Shown one piece after another: positions 21,348 through 31,922 of a stretch of 64,000 nt of DNA (its first letter is position 1; each line of letters starts with the position of its first letter). The notes below the pieces were generated by a model that had not been told where the DNA came from, made no database searches, and saw only the letters and a list, made by a program, of their open reading frames with translations. The position numbers and the translations under genes were made by a program. This DNA comes from Pachysolen tannophilus NRRL Y-2460 (Eukaryota). The stretch spans positions 867,996 through 931,995 of the forward strand of contig KV454018.1 of assembly GCA_001661245.1 (NCBI GenBank), read 5' to 3'.

Positions 21348-23348
21348 CTAACTGTATGTTTGTAACTCTATTTCCTCTGGTCTTTCTAACTGATTGTAGC
21401 TTCTTTTTCTTGCATATGGAAGAACCTTATTTTTGATGAAAAAGAACAGACCTATTGCCAATGCAAGACCAAGGATTATACCGATTGGAGAGTACTTTGC
21501 CTTTTCCTTTTCGTCGTCGCTGCTGCTGCTGCTACTACTGCTGCTATCACTGGTACTGTCACTGCTGCCTGAGGTTTCCTTTTCTGAAGAACCGGTTGAG
21601 CCTCCAGCTGTTGATGACAGAATTACTGAGGATAAAGTTGTTGCAGTTGAGGATCTAATAGCTGAATAAGAGCTACTAGTTGTAGTTCCGCTTGTTGTGT
21701 TTGTACTCAGTGTAGTGTTTTTTTCAGAGGTGACCAATACAGACAGTGAATCTTGGTTTTGAGAAATCCAAGGTTGAATAATTTCGCCTTTACCTCTAGG
21801 ACGTAATTGAGTTTGTTTCCCATAATGACCAGTTCCAGAATTTGCACCAGAGTTTGAATGTGGACAAAATTTCTTGAAATCCTCGCTCATTTCACCGTCC
21901 TGCGGTCTAACTTCGGGACATTCAACAGAAAAAGCTGTCAAGTAATGTGGTAAACGTAAATCATCTTCATAATGGAAATTCCAAATTTCTGGAGTATCAA
22001 CTTTAAATCTAACAACCATGTGAGAAAATCCATTTAAACTAACAGTATCTCTAATCAATGGATATTCTGGGTATTCTCTCTTGCGGTCAGAGTTATAAGG
22101 TTCCTTAGATCTTGAAAGAACTTGGAAATTATGGCCCTGAAGATAAAAAGGTTGTTTTATTAAATGAGCATTATTAATAACTAATTCAATAACTTGATCT
22201 TTTCTTAAAACAATTGATTCCTTATTTTTACCAAAGACTTCTTCCAGTTTATGCCAAGTATTATGTACTGCAGACCACTGGACTTTTGATAATAAAGGAC
22301 CATTCTTACCAAAACTTAATGAATCATGATCTTTCCAATCTAATAATATTTGATGATCAACATTGTTATATAGTTTAACTTTATTTGATGGTTTTAAAAC
22401 CATATCATCAATAACATCTAATTTCTCCGAAGCTTTGAAATTCAGATTCATTGGTAAAGATTGATCTTTATCGTAGACTAACCAATTTACCGAATAGGTT
22501 TCCTTCATCAGATCATTCATGATTTGAACAATTCTATAATTTCTTTCAACTTTATTTTTGGTAATTAATAATACTCCATATCTTTGACCGGGATTAATAG
22601 ATAAAGAACTAACTTCAACCGGTTCAACCATTACACCATCAACTTCCACTATGATAAAAGAATGATTATCAATATACATGTATTGAGTGGCAGATCTACC
22701 AACATTAACAACTCTAAGATAATATGATTTACCAGGTTGAACTTGCCATTTTGCCTTTGTTGTTTCATTAAATAATAAAGATTTAACTATTGGGATTTTG
22801 GAAGAAACTTGATCCAGTACCAGTACATCAGAAAGTAAATTATGAGACCATTCACTTAAAGTTAAAGTGATATCATCATCATAAATAAAAGAAAAATCTT
22901 TATTCTTATTTTCTGGTTCAACTATGAATAAACCTCTTAACCCATCACTATATTGGCGACTATCACGTGCATGGTACCAAAAAGTACCAAATTGATTTTT
23001 AACTGTAAAATCATATACAAAATTTTCTCCAGGTAAAATATCTTTTTTAGAAGAAGTTAGTGATAATGGCCCATTTTCCAGTAAAATGGAATCATCAGGT
23101 AAAATACCATGAAATTGTAAAGAAGTTGGCACGTCTTCTAATAAATTTGTTACATTAATAACCACTCTATCATTTTTCGTTATTCTAATAGTAGGTAATG
23201 GCCATTCATTATTAATACCAATAACTTTTCTCTCTTTTAAGCCATCAGGGTTTGCGTCCACATAAGTTATATTGAAATTATAGTAGTGCGTTTCCGAAGC
23301 TAAAGTTAAAACTAAGAACTCAAATAACACTATGAGTTCTAATAGCAT
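21348..23348 (-). CDS. Fet3-like multicopper oxidase homolog with degenerate copper sites; Ser/Thr stalk and one TM helix
   Basis: ETHYYNFNITYVDANPDG..RKVIGIN..WPLP, GTFWYH, DGLRGLFIV, PGQRY, RDTV; copper motifs altered. Confidence 0.85.
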   Translation of the reverse strand: MLLELIVLFEFLVLTLASETHYYNFNITYVDANPDGLKERKVIGINNEWPLPTIRITKNDRVVINVTNLLEDVPTSLQFHGILPDDSILLENGPLSLTSSKKDILPGENFVYDFTVKNQFGTFWYHARDSRQYSDGLRGLFIVEPENKNKDFSFIYDDDITLTLSEWSHNLLSDVLVLDQVSSKIPIVKSLLFNETTKAKWQVQPGKSYYLRVVNVGRSATQYMYIDNHSFIIVEVDGVMVEPVEVSSLSINPGQRYGVLLITKNKVERNYRIVQIMNDLMKETYSVNWLVYDKDQSLPMNLNFKASEKLDVIDDMVLKPSNKVKLYNNVDHQILLDWKDHDSLSFGKNGPLLSKVQWSAVHNTWHKLEEVFGKNKESIVLRKDQVIELVINNAHLIKQPFYLQGHNFQVLSRSKEPYNSDRKREYPEYPLIRDTVSLNGFSHMVVRFKVDTPEIWNFHYEDDLRLPHYLTAFSVECPEVRPQDGEMSEDFKKFCPHSNSGANSGTGHYGKQTQLRPRGKGEIIQPWISQNQDSLSVLVTSEKNTTLSTNTTSGTTTSSSYSAIRSSTATTLSSVILSSTAGGSTGSSEKETSGSSDSTSDSSSSSSSSSDDEKEKAKYSPIGIILGLALAIGLFFFIKNKVLPYARKRSYNQLERPEEIELQTYS

Positions 23349-23896
23349 TTTTCTTTTTCCTTATATCACACAAAATATATAATATATATACATATATATA
23401 TATATATATCAACCAAATCAGTTATTTATTCTTTCAAAATCAGATTCTTCATTAATATATATGGAATTAAAAAATTTTTTCGAGTACCAATATTCCATAT
23501 TCCAATAATTCCAATAATTTCAATAATTCCATATTAACGTCTTGAAATTTCAGTCTGTTAAATTACGGAACAGAAACATTGAAATTGAATTAACCTTGCA
23601 TAATCGGGCAGATCACTAATTTAGCAAGTTGCGGTACGCATTTTGACTAAAAGCAGTAGGCATATGCGGTGCACTTATGCTGTACACACACGCTGTACAC
23701 ACATGCGGTGCGCGTTTTAATTTTTTTGTTTTTTTTTGGAAACTTGTGTTTTAAAAACACTACCTTTATTTTATGGTTGTTGTTTTTTGTAAGCAGAAGG
23801 GAAATTATCAAGTATTGGTTAGAATTGGAATTGGGATTCGAGTAGGAGTATTGTTGAAAGAAAGATTTTCTGTTTGATTTTTTCTTTTTTTGTAAG

Positions 23897-24958
23897 ATGG
23901 TGGAAAATAAAGAGGATAACAAGACGCTTTCGGCAGATGAGATTGCTTTGTATGATCGTCAGATCAGGTTATGGGGAATTGATGCACAGACAAGAATTAG
24001 ATCTTCCAAGATTTTAATTGTGAATTTGTCATATGTTGGAGTTGAAATTGTTAAAAACTTGATGTTAAGTGGTATTGGGCAGTTGACCATATGGGATAGC
24101 TCTGTTGTTTGTGAAGAGGATTTGGATGGGAATTTTTTCGTTAATGAAACTCATTTGGGTAAATTAAAAGCAGAAGCATCATTTAACAAGATTAAAGATT
24201 TAAATTCTAGAGTAAAATTAAATGTTATTACCACTGAATTAGATATGTCAGATAATGATTTTTTCCAAAAATTTGATTTGATTATCGGAACAGAATTGAT
24301 TAAAACCAATATTGTTAAATTAAATGGGATAACTAGAAATTTGAATATTCCATTTTACTCTACCGGTTTACATGGATTATTTGGGTATATTTTTGTTGAT
24401 TTAATTAATTATCAATCATCTTTGAAGATACCGAAAAATTTCAATAATACATACAATAAATTGGGGGAAATTGATAGTGCTAGAGAAATAGTGAAAATGA
24501 ATCAATTGAAAGAAAATGATGAAATATTAGATGAAATAATTTTTTCAAATAATTATAAACCTTTTGAAGATGTAATTAATTTACAAAATTTGAAATTGAA
24601 TGAAGTTTATACAACAAAGAGAAAATTGAAAAAAATTACACCTAGTTTACCAATAATTTTAACTTTATTTGATTATCCTTTAAATAAAGAAAAAATTGAT
24701 GATGTTGATATTGAATTTAAAGATTTACAACTGAAAAATTTGAAAACTATAGAAATTTTAAAATTAAATTTAAAAAATGATGATGAATATTTGAAAATTT
24801 TATCAAAACAAGCTTTTTGTCAATTTCTGCCAGTTAGTGCTATTTTAGGAGGAGCTGTTGCACAAGATGTAATTCAATTTCTTTCAGGAAAAAATTGCTT
24901 TAACAACTTTGTCATATTAGATGGTATTAAAAGTGAAATGCCAATTTATATATTATAG
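23897..24958 (+). CDS. AOS1: SUMO-activating enzyme subunit Aos1
   Basis: LSADEIALYDRQIRLWG, EIVKNLMLSGIG, PVSAILGGAVAQDVI. Confidence 0.93.
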   Translation: MVENKEDNKTLSADEIALYDRQIRLWGIDAQTRIRSSKILIVNLSYVGVEIVKNLMLSGIGQLTIWDSSVVCEEDLDGNFFVNETHLGKLKAEASFNKIKDLNSRVKLNVITTELDMSDNDFFQKFDLIIGTELIKTNIVKLNGITRNLNIPFYSTGLHGLFGYIFVDLINYQSSLKIPKNFNNTYNKLGEIDSAREIVKMNQLKENDEILDEIIFSNNYKPFEDVINLQNLKLNEVYTTKRKLKKITPSLPIILTLFDYPLNKEKIDDVDIEFKDLQLKNLKTIEILKLNLKNDDEYLKILSKQAFCQFLPVSAILGGAVAQDVIQFLSGKNCFNNFVILDGIKSEMPIYIL

Positions 24959-24991
24959 GTAGTTTATCAAATTATTAATAATAATACACTT

Positions 24992-26419
24992 CTATATAAT
25001 TACATTTTTATCGTTTGACCATAACTTAATACTTCTATCCCATCCAGTACTTACAATATAATTGCTTGTTTCATTTAAATCACAACTCATAACTTTATCA
25101 CTATGACCTTTCAAAGAATGGACTTTGATAAAATTGTCCCAACTGAAAATATTTATAAACCCGTCATAACTTGAACTAATCATTGATAATCCATCTTTGG
25201 AAATTTTTAAATCAGAAATTAATTTATTATGTGCTGGGATAGTTTGGTAATCTTTCCCCATTCTTACATCCCATACTTTTATAGTACAATCACCACTACC
25301 TGAGCATAATTGATAACCATTTGGATGCCAATCCATAGAATAAATTCCCTTTACATGACCTTCTAATGTCATTATCGATTTACCTGTTCTCAAATCCCAT
25401 AAACGCCCAATACCTTCTAATCCACCTGAAGACAACAATGAACCATCTGGATGATGACTTATGGTAAATATTTCCTTTGTATGGCCATTAAACTGTTGAT
25501 ACAAATTTTTAGAGTATTCCAAGTCCCAAATTTTAAATGTTTTATCAAATGAACAGGATGCAAGAAATTTCCCACTTGGATGGAATTGAATTTTTAAAAT
25601 TCTATTTGTATGAGCTTTTTCAAAATTTAAAATTGGTTTCCTATTATTATTTTCATTTAAACTGTAAAAACATATATTTCCTTCCAGACCTGAAGAACAT
25701 AATTTTAAATTTGAATTTAAATTTGGATTCCAATCTAAACCACCAATTTTTTCATCATGATCACTAAATACAAACTTTTCTGTAAGATTTTCCTTATCTA
25801 ATAAATAAACTTTCCCATTCCATGATCCACAAGCAATATATTGATTTTGCTCATCATTACTAAATTTCACTACTGATAATGCTCTATCCCCAATTAAATT
25901 GGAACCAATTAATTGAAATTTTTGTAAAAAATTATTGTTTAATCTTCTTTTTTTCAAATTTTCAATTTCATTAAAATTTTTAAAAAATTCTTTCTGTTTC
26001 AACAACCTTTGCTTAGATTTTGCCAAAGAATAATCAGCTATAAATTGTCTTGCCTCATATAATCTATCACAATGCAGTTCATCTTCTGAAACTGGCTCAT
26101 AATATTCTTCCTGTTCCAGAATTGCAGTTTCCCATTCCTCATCTTCCTCATCTTCCTCATCTTCCATCAAAATGTCCTTATATTCCTCATTTGATAGCAC
26201 AAGTTTAATCAACCTTTCTCTTCTATCTGCTTTGTCTTCACCAAACAATATAATAGGTTCACCCAACTCTCTCAATTTAAGTTTTACTTGATCATCACCT
26301 GTGGGTAGGCTATATAGTAATTGTTGTAATTCTTTCTCTTCACTAACAATCAGCGAAAGCTGCGATTGCTCCCCGGGTGACTTCTCAGGCACCTGGTTAA
26401 GAGATATTAAGTCTGACAT
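24992..26419 (-). CDS. PRP4: U4/U6 snRNP WD40 protein Prp4
   Basis: VKLKLRELGEPIILFGE..DRRERL motif plus WD40 repeats; Reb1-like TTACCCG at 26563. Confidence 0.93.
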   Translation of the reverse strand: MSDLISLNQVPEKSPGEQSQLSLIVSEEKELQQLLYSLPTGDDQVKLKLRELGEPIILFGEDKADRRERLIKLVLSNEEYKDILMEDEEDEEDEEWETAILEQEEYYEPVSEDELHCDRLYEARQFIADYSLAKSKQRLLKQKEFFKNFNEIENLKKRRLNNNFLQKFQLIGSNLIGDRALSVVKFSNDEQNQYIACGSWNGKVYLLDKENLTEKFVFSDHDEKIGGLDWNPNLNSNLKLCSSGLEGNICFYSLNENNNRKPILNFEKAHTNRILKIQFHPSGKFLASCSFDKTFKIWDLEYSKNLYQQFNGHTKEIFTISHHPDGSLLSSGGLEGIGRLWDLRTGKSIMTLEGHVKGIYSMDWHPNGYQLCSGSGDCTIKVWDVRMGKDYQTIPAHNKLISDLKISKDGLSMISSSYDGFINIFSWDNFIKVHSLKGHSDKVMSCDLNETSNYIVSTGWDRSIKLWSNDKNVII

Positions 26420-27174
26420 TATTCAAATTATATATGGCACTAACTGCTCGCTCTTCTCTTAGTCTTCCTAGTCACTGTATAGTCAGTAGTCGTCTTAGTC
26501 TTGATGCTCTCACAAATCCTCCACCGTCTTTTTCTATATGTAAAGTGAAGAAAAAACCAAAATTACCCGAAACAGAAATTAATTTTTAAAATACGACTTT
26601 TAACTTTTGACAAATTAGTTTTTTTTACCTAATTTGTATTATTATTGTTTTTATACACTACTGTTATTTATTTTTACCTAATTTGTACTATTGGTAACCA
26701 TTAAACTACTTTTGTATTATTTTGTTAGATTCTTCACTACCTTGTGTTTTTTTTCTTTTTTTTTTTTTTTTGATGTATTATCATACGAGGCATCCTATCG
26801 GTCAGGAATGGTAAGGAACCAATGTAATAATAATTATGTTTGAAATGGTATCGTGATATTTTTTTTTTTTTTTTTTTTTGGCTTTTTGGCTTTTTGGCTT
26901 TTTGACTTTTTGGCTTATTTGCTTATTTTCTTTAATAATCGGCCCTTTTTGTTGCTTAACTTTTGAGATAAAATTGAGTGTCAAATTAATGAGTGGGTCA
27001 CGTAAAAGAAAGATGCAGAAAGTACTATTATCTATAATCTGATAGTTTTTCTTCTTGTAGTTTAGTTATATCTTTTTAAATATATATTATTGATACTTGT
27101 TCATATTTCTTTTAAATTAAATAATTTTCAATATAGATTTAAATTAAATTAAGTCTTGATTATAATATAATACA

Positions 27175-27431
27175 ATGTTTCAAAGATCAGCACTGCTTTC
27201 CAATCCGTAAGTTCAATTTTTTGATAAACATATATCTCAAATAATTGGTAACTAACAATTTCTTTTTTATATATATATATATATAGAGGTTCCAGAAAAG
27301 TTATTGTAGCCGCTTTACTTTCACTTCCTGTGGTTTATTATGCTTTAACCGCCAAATCAAGAGAGTCAAAAGATTTTCATAAACTGTTTGAAAAAGAATA
27401 CAAAGCTGAAATGAATTCAAAGAATATTTAA
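27175..27431 (+). CDS. Spliced 58-aa single-TM microprotein (exons 27175-27206 and 27287-27431)
   Basis: ACAATG start context; GTAAGT / AACTAAC / TAG intron; the spliced frame is open to TAA. Confidence 0.7.
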
Positions 27432-27683
27432 TATGCATACTTGTGAATATTTTTCTGTTGTGTTGGAAATACGCATTTGGGTAAAAAATGGTTAATTGAT
27501 GTTTTTTGTCTTTTATTTTTTTTTTTTTTTTTTTCTAATGACCTTATAGCTTTATTCTTATTTATTAAGTTTTATGAATCATGAGTTCAAATCAATGAAA
27601 TGCATTACATTATATTATATTTATTTTTTTATTTTATTTTTTATTATTATGGCAATTAGGAAAAAATGATGTAAATTGTTTAT

Positions 27684-28964
27684 TTACCTACCTTCTTCAA
27701 CTTCTTCTACATCTCTATCTGTGATGCTCCCCATTTCTATATCATTTACTGAACTAGTTACAAAGATGTTTCTATTTTTTGTTGACCCTGAACGATTTGA
27801 ACTGGTTTCCTCATTGATATTGAATTCTTTAGAAGAAGTATCATTATCAGTTAATGTTGAAACATCAATGATATCAAAATTCCTTGCTGCTTGTCTAGTT
27901 GATTGACCACCTTTATTGTAAAAATCAAAAAAATCATATAATAATATGGATGGAAGGAAAAAAGAAACAAATAAACAAGCCAAATAAAATGAAAAAAAAT
28001 AAATTACTATTTTTGAAGCTGTTAATTTACCTTCAATGTTTATTTCAAAAATTTCATATTTTAAAATCTCAAGTATATCAAATAATGATAATTCTGGAAA
28101 TTCGGATTTTAATCCAAACTTCACTGATAATGGTACATTATGTATCAAAACTGTAAGTGACACAATAATTGCTGTTGTGAAAAAAAAATACAATATAATT
28201 TTTTGTAATTTAAATCTATTTAAACATACCAATGTTGTTAATGGTTGGAAAAATAAGATTGCACAAACTGCAGCGGATAAATAAAAAAAATAATTATTTA
28301 CTGTTAGACTTAATATTAAATCTATTCTTCTTCTATGAATAACATTTTGTAAAAAATCTTGAAATTTTTTCCCCATTTGTTTTCTTAAATTTATTAAAGC
28401 ATCATTATTTTTATTATAATGCATTCCTGTATGATGATCTAATTTAGAATTAAAATCACTATTAAAATTGATGAAAATCTTTTCAAGTTTTGTAATTTCA
28501 ATTTGATTTTGAGTTTTATTATTTAAATTAAAATCTTGAATTTTTTCAAGATAAATCGAATGTATTGGTTTAATTTTATTATATTCCTTCAGTGTTTGTA
28601 AAAATGGTGTTTCCTTAGAATAACAATGATAACTTATAATCATCTTAAAATAATCAATATATAAAGTTTTCCTGAATTTAGGACAAGAATTTCTTGTTGT
28701 TGCATTCCTAACAAATCTTTCATCAACTTTTATTTTCTTATTCCATAAAAATTTGTTTTCATCAATTATATAAGTTTTTTCGAAATTTTCTAATGGATAC
28801 TTATTCAAATCTAAAATCTTATATTCCTTCACATCTTTAGCTGTACTTAATGGATAAGAAAACTCAAACCCACATAAACTTATTTTGAAAATGTTGTAAA
28901 TACAAGCATTCATTAAAAACCAAATTGGTAAAGTATAACTAAAAATGAATGCAGTCACTTTCAT
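27684..28964 (-). CDS. Uncharacterised multi-pass membrane protein (1+3 TM layout, possibly Sur7/PalI-like)
   Basis: 426-aa ORF; N-terminal hydrophobic segment, large loop containing Cys, three C-terminal hydrophobic segments and an acidic tail; family not recognised. Confidence 0.6.
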   Translation of the reverse strand: MKVTAFIFSYTLPIWFLMNACIYNIFKISLCGFEFSYPLSTAKDVKEYKILDLNKYPLENFEKTYIIDENKFLWNKKIKVDERFVRNATTRNSCPKFRKTLYIDYFKMIISYHCYSKETPFLQTLKEYNKIKPIHSIYLEKIQDFNLNNKTQNQIEITKLEKIFINFNSDFNSKLDHHTGMHYNKNNDALINLRKQMGKKFQDFLQNVIHRRRIDLILSLTVNNYFFYLSAAVCAILFFQPLTTLVCLNRFKLQKIILYFFFTTAIIVSLTVLIHNVPLSVKFGLKSEFPELSLFDILEILKYEIFEINIEGKLTASKIVIYFFSFYLACLFVSFFLPSILLYDFFDFYNKGGQSTRQAARNFDIIDVSTLTDNDTSSKEFNINEETSSNRSGSTKNRNIFVTSSVNDIEMGSITDRDVEEVEEGR

Positions 28965-29443
28965 TGCTTGAAAAAAATAATATAAACCATGAATTATAAA
29001 AAAAATACCATGAGACTAAAAACCAGCAAACAACCAGAAAACAAAAGTAAAAAAAAAAAAAAAAAAATACTAAAGGAATACCTTGCTTTTACCATTCATT
29101 ATTCACTATTCACCAATTACCAATTACCAAAATACCATAGTTCTATCGAGATTAAACTCATATCTATTCTTTGATCCCACTTTAGATTCCTTTTACAGAC
29201 TTTGTATTGTCCTTTATGTACACAAAAACGCATGTTTCTGCAATGAAGAGACAAAAAAACAGAAAAAAACAGAAAAAAAAGAAGATGCATAATACAGAAG
29301 CCGCACATATGCGGAGAAAAAACAAAACTTTTAAAAAACACCTTCTCCATTACGGAGAACAAAAAATCTTAATTTTTTCCTCCATTTATCTTCTCCGACT
29401 TTTGAATTGAAAAATTTTTAGATGAACAAACTTAACTTGAATT

Positions 29444-30231
29444 CGAACTCTTAATAATCCAGATCTTGGAGAAATTTCATTTCTAAAAGATTTCCCAATA
29501 GAAGCAGAAGCAAATGGCATTTTTTCATTATTAAAATCCAATAATTTATTAAAATTTAAAAATTGACCTTGCGCTGTTTCTGGTCTTAAATAACCTTTTA
29601 AAGCTCCTGAAGGACCGATTGCTGTTTCAAACATTAAATTGAACTCCTTTGGTTGTTCTAATAAACCACCAGTAGCTGGATTAGTAATGTTATACTTTGT
29701 AATGATCTCTCCCAATTGAGCACCAGAAAATCCATCAATCTTTGCCAAGATAATTTCATATTCTTCAACAATATGATCTTCAAGTTTAATCGCTTTGATT
29801 TCCTTAACTTTCTTCTTTCTCTTTTTCTTATCTTCATCTTGTTCAACATGGTTAGAAGCAATTCCCCTTGCTTCTTTGTCACCTTTTAATCTTGCTTCCA
29901 AGACTTCTTCAACTAAATGATCTGCTCTAAAAATCTCTCCAGTCCTTGGATCTTTACACATCCAATCTGAAAATTTATCAACATGACCAGATGTCTTCAA
30001 TACTTCGTAAGGAGTTAACATCGTACAGTCAACTTCTAACATATCTTCTTCCAAGATAAAATGTTTTCTCCAATAATCAACAATGTTTGCTTGTAATGCA
30101 CAACCAGGTGGACCATAATCGTATAAACCAGAAATACCTCCATATATTTCAAAAGCTGGTGCAAAGAAAAATCTTCTTTTAAGAACACCTTCTAATGCCT
30201 CTCTTGAAAAACCAGATGCTTCTTTCGACAT
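29444..30231 (-). CDS. GRS1: Glycyl-tRNA synthetase, N-terminal half (inverted relative to the C-terminal half)
   Basis: [46 protein letters not shown]; homology ends at 29444. ATG at 30231; possible TTG start at 30357. Confidence 0.93.
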
Positions 30232-30494
30232 TTTCAAATTCAACTTCGAATTCTTCCTATTTACTTTTCGTATATTAGTTTTTTGAAATAAATTAAAACT
30301 TGATGAAAATTGGCGTCTAAAAGATGCTGAAGATGCAGCAAATTTAAAGCAATTCAATTTGGAAAAAAACAATTTCACAAGAGAAAAAAAAAAAAATAAA
30401 AGTTGAAAAAAAAGGATTAATTCATAAAACTTTACTTGGATCAAGAAAGCAATGATATATTATGATATCAACTTATTTCAAAAATATTATTATG

Positions 30495-31689
30495 TGAATT
30501 TTTGATGGCTGAAATTGAACATTATGTTGATCCTGAAGATAAATCCCATGCAAAATTCAAACAAGTTGAAAATATCGAATTAAATTTCCTTCCAAGAGCT
30601 GTTCAGGAATCAGGTAAGACCGATTGTATCAAGGAAACTATTGGTAATGCTGTCAAGACTGGTATGGTTGATAATGAAACTTTAGGTTATTTTATTGCAA
30701 GAATTTTCTTATTTTTAACTAAGATTGGTGTTGATTCAAAAAGATTAAGATTCCGTCAACATATGGGAAATGAAATGGCTCATTATGCTCAAGATTGTTG
30801 GGATGCAGAATTAGAATCTTCTTATGGTTGGATTGAATGTGTTGGATGTGCTGATAGATCTGCATATGATTTATCAGTTCATTCTGCAAGAACAAAGGAA
30901 AAATTATGTGTAAGACAAGCATTACCAGAACCTAAAATTGTGGAACGTTTAGAGATTGATTTAGAAAAGAAAAAATTTGGTCCAAAATTTAGGAAAAATG
31001 CTTCATTAGTTGAATCTTGGTTAGTTAGTAGAACTGAATGTGAATTAGAAAATTTACAAAAACAATTGAATGAAACAGGTAAACTGGCTTTTAAAGTAGA
31101 AGGTATAGATGAAGAGATAGAAATTGATACAAGCCTTGTTAAAATTGAAAGAAGAACAAGAACAGAACATATTAGGGAATATATACCAAACGTCATAGAA
31201 CCATCTTTTGGTATTGGACGTGTAATTTATTCCATCTTTGAACATTCATTTTGGACAAGACCTGAAGATTCTTCAAGAGTTGTCTTATCATTACCACCGC
31301 TTGTTGCTCCAACAAAAGTTTTACTTGTACCATTATCAAATAATGAAGTTTTAAAACCAATTTTGGAAAAAGTTTCACAAGCTTTAAGACAACAAAAAAT
31401 TCCATTCAAAGTTGATGATTCCTCTGCTTCTATAGGTAAACGTTACGCTAGAAATGATGAATTAGGTACTCCCTTTGGTATCACAATTGATTTTGAAAGT
31501 ACAGACGATGATTCAGTCACTTTAAGAGAAAGAGATTCTACAAAACAAGTTAGAGGTAGTTTCCAAGAAATTATCGAAGCAATTAAAAAAATTACATACG
31601 ATGATTTATCATGGGAAAAAGCTACAACAAATTTAAAACCATTTGAAACAAAAGTCGAAGACGAACTCTCAGAATTATCAGTCAACTGA
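30495..31689 (+). CDS. GRS1: Glycyl-tRNA synthetase, C-terminal half
   Basis: Begins exactly at (CG)T GAA TTT TTG ATG GCT = EFLMAEIEH; EMAHYAQDCWDAE, VIEPSFGIGR, IGKRYARNDELG. Confidence 0.93.
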
Positions 31690-31922
31690 TCCTGATATCA
31701 TATTTAATCTACTTCTACTTTATCTAATCTTTTATAACCTTTTTTTTTGTATTTTGTTCATTTCAACCTTGTCCTGATTATGTAAGTTGAAAAATTTTTT
31801 AAAATTTTTTTTTTTCTTTTTCTTTTTACGTTATAATTATCAAATACAAGCGCAAATATTTAATACTAGTAAAATATATATATAGAGAAAGATATATATA
31901 TATCATTAGTAAGATTGATAAA

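Noticed and set aside
29386..30502. Trans-splicing as the way to join the GRS1 (and MFS) halves
   Set aside because: No GT donor at the 5'-half breakpoint and no branch site or AG before the 3' half; a DNA inversion explains the junctions exactly
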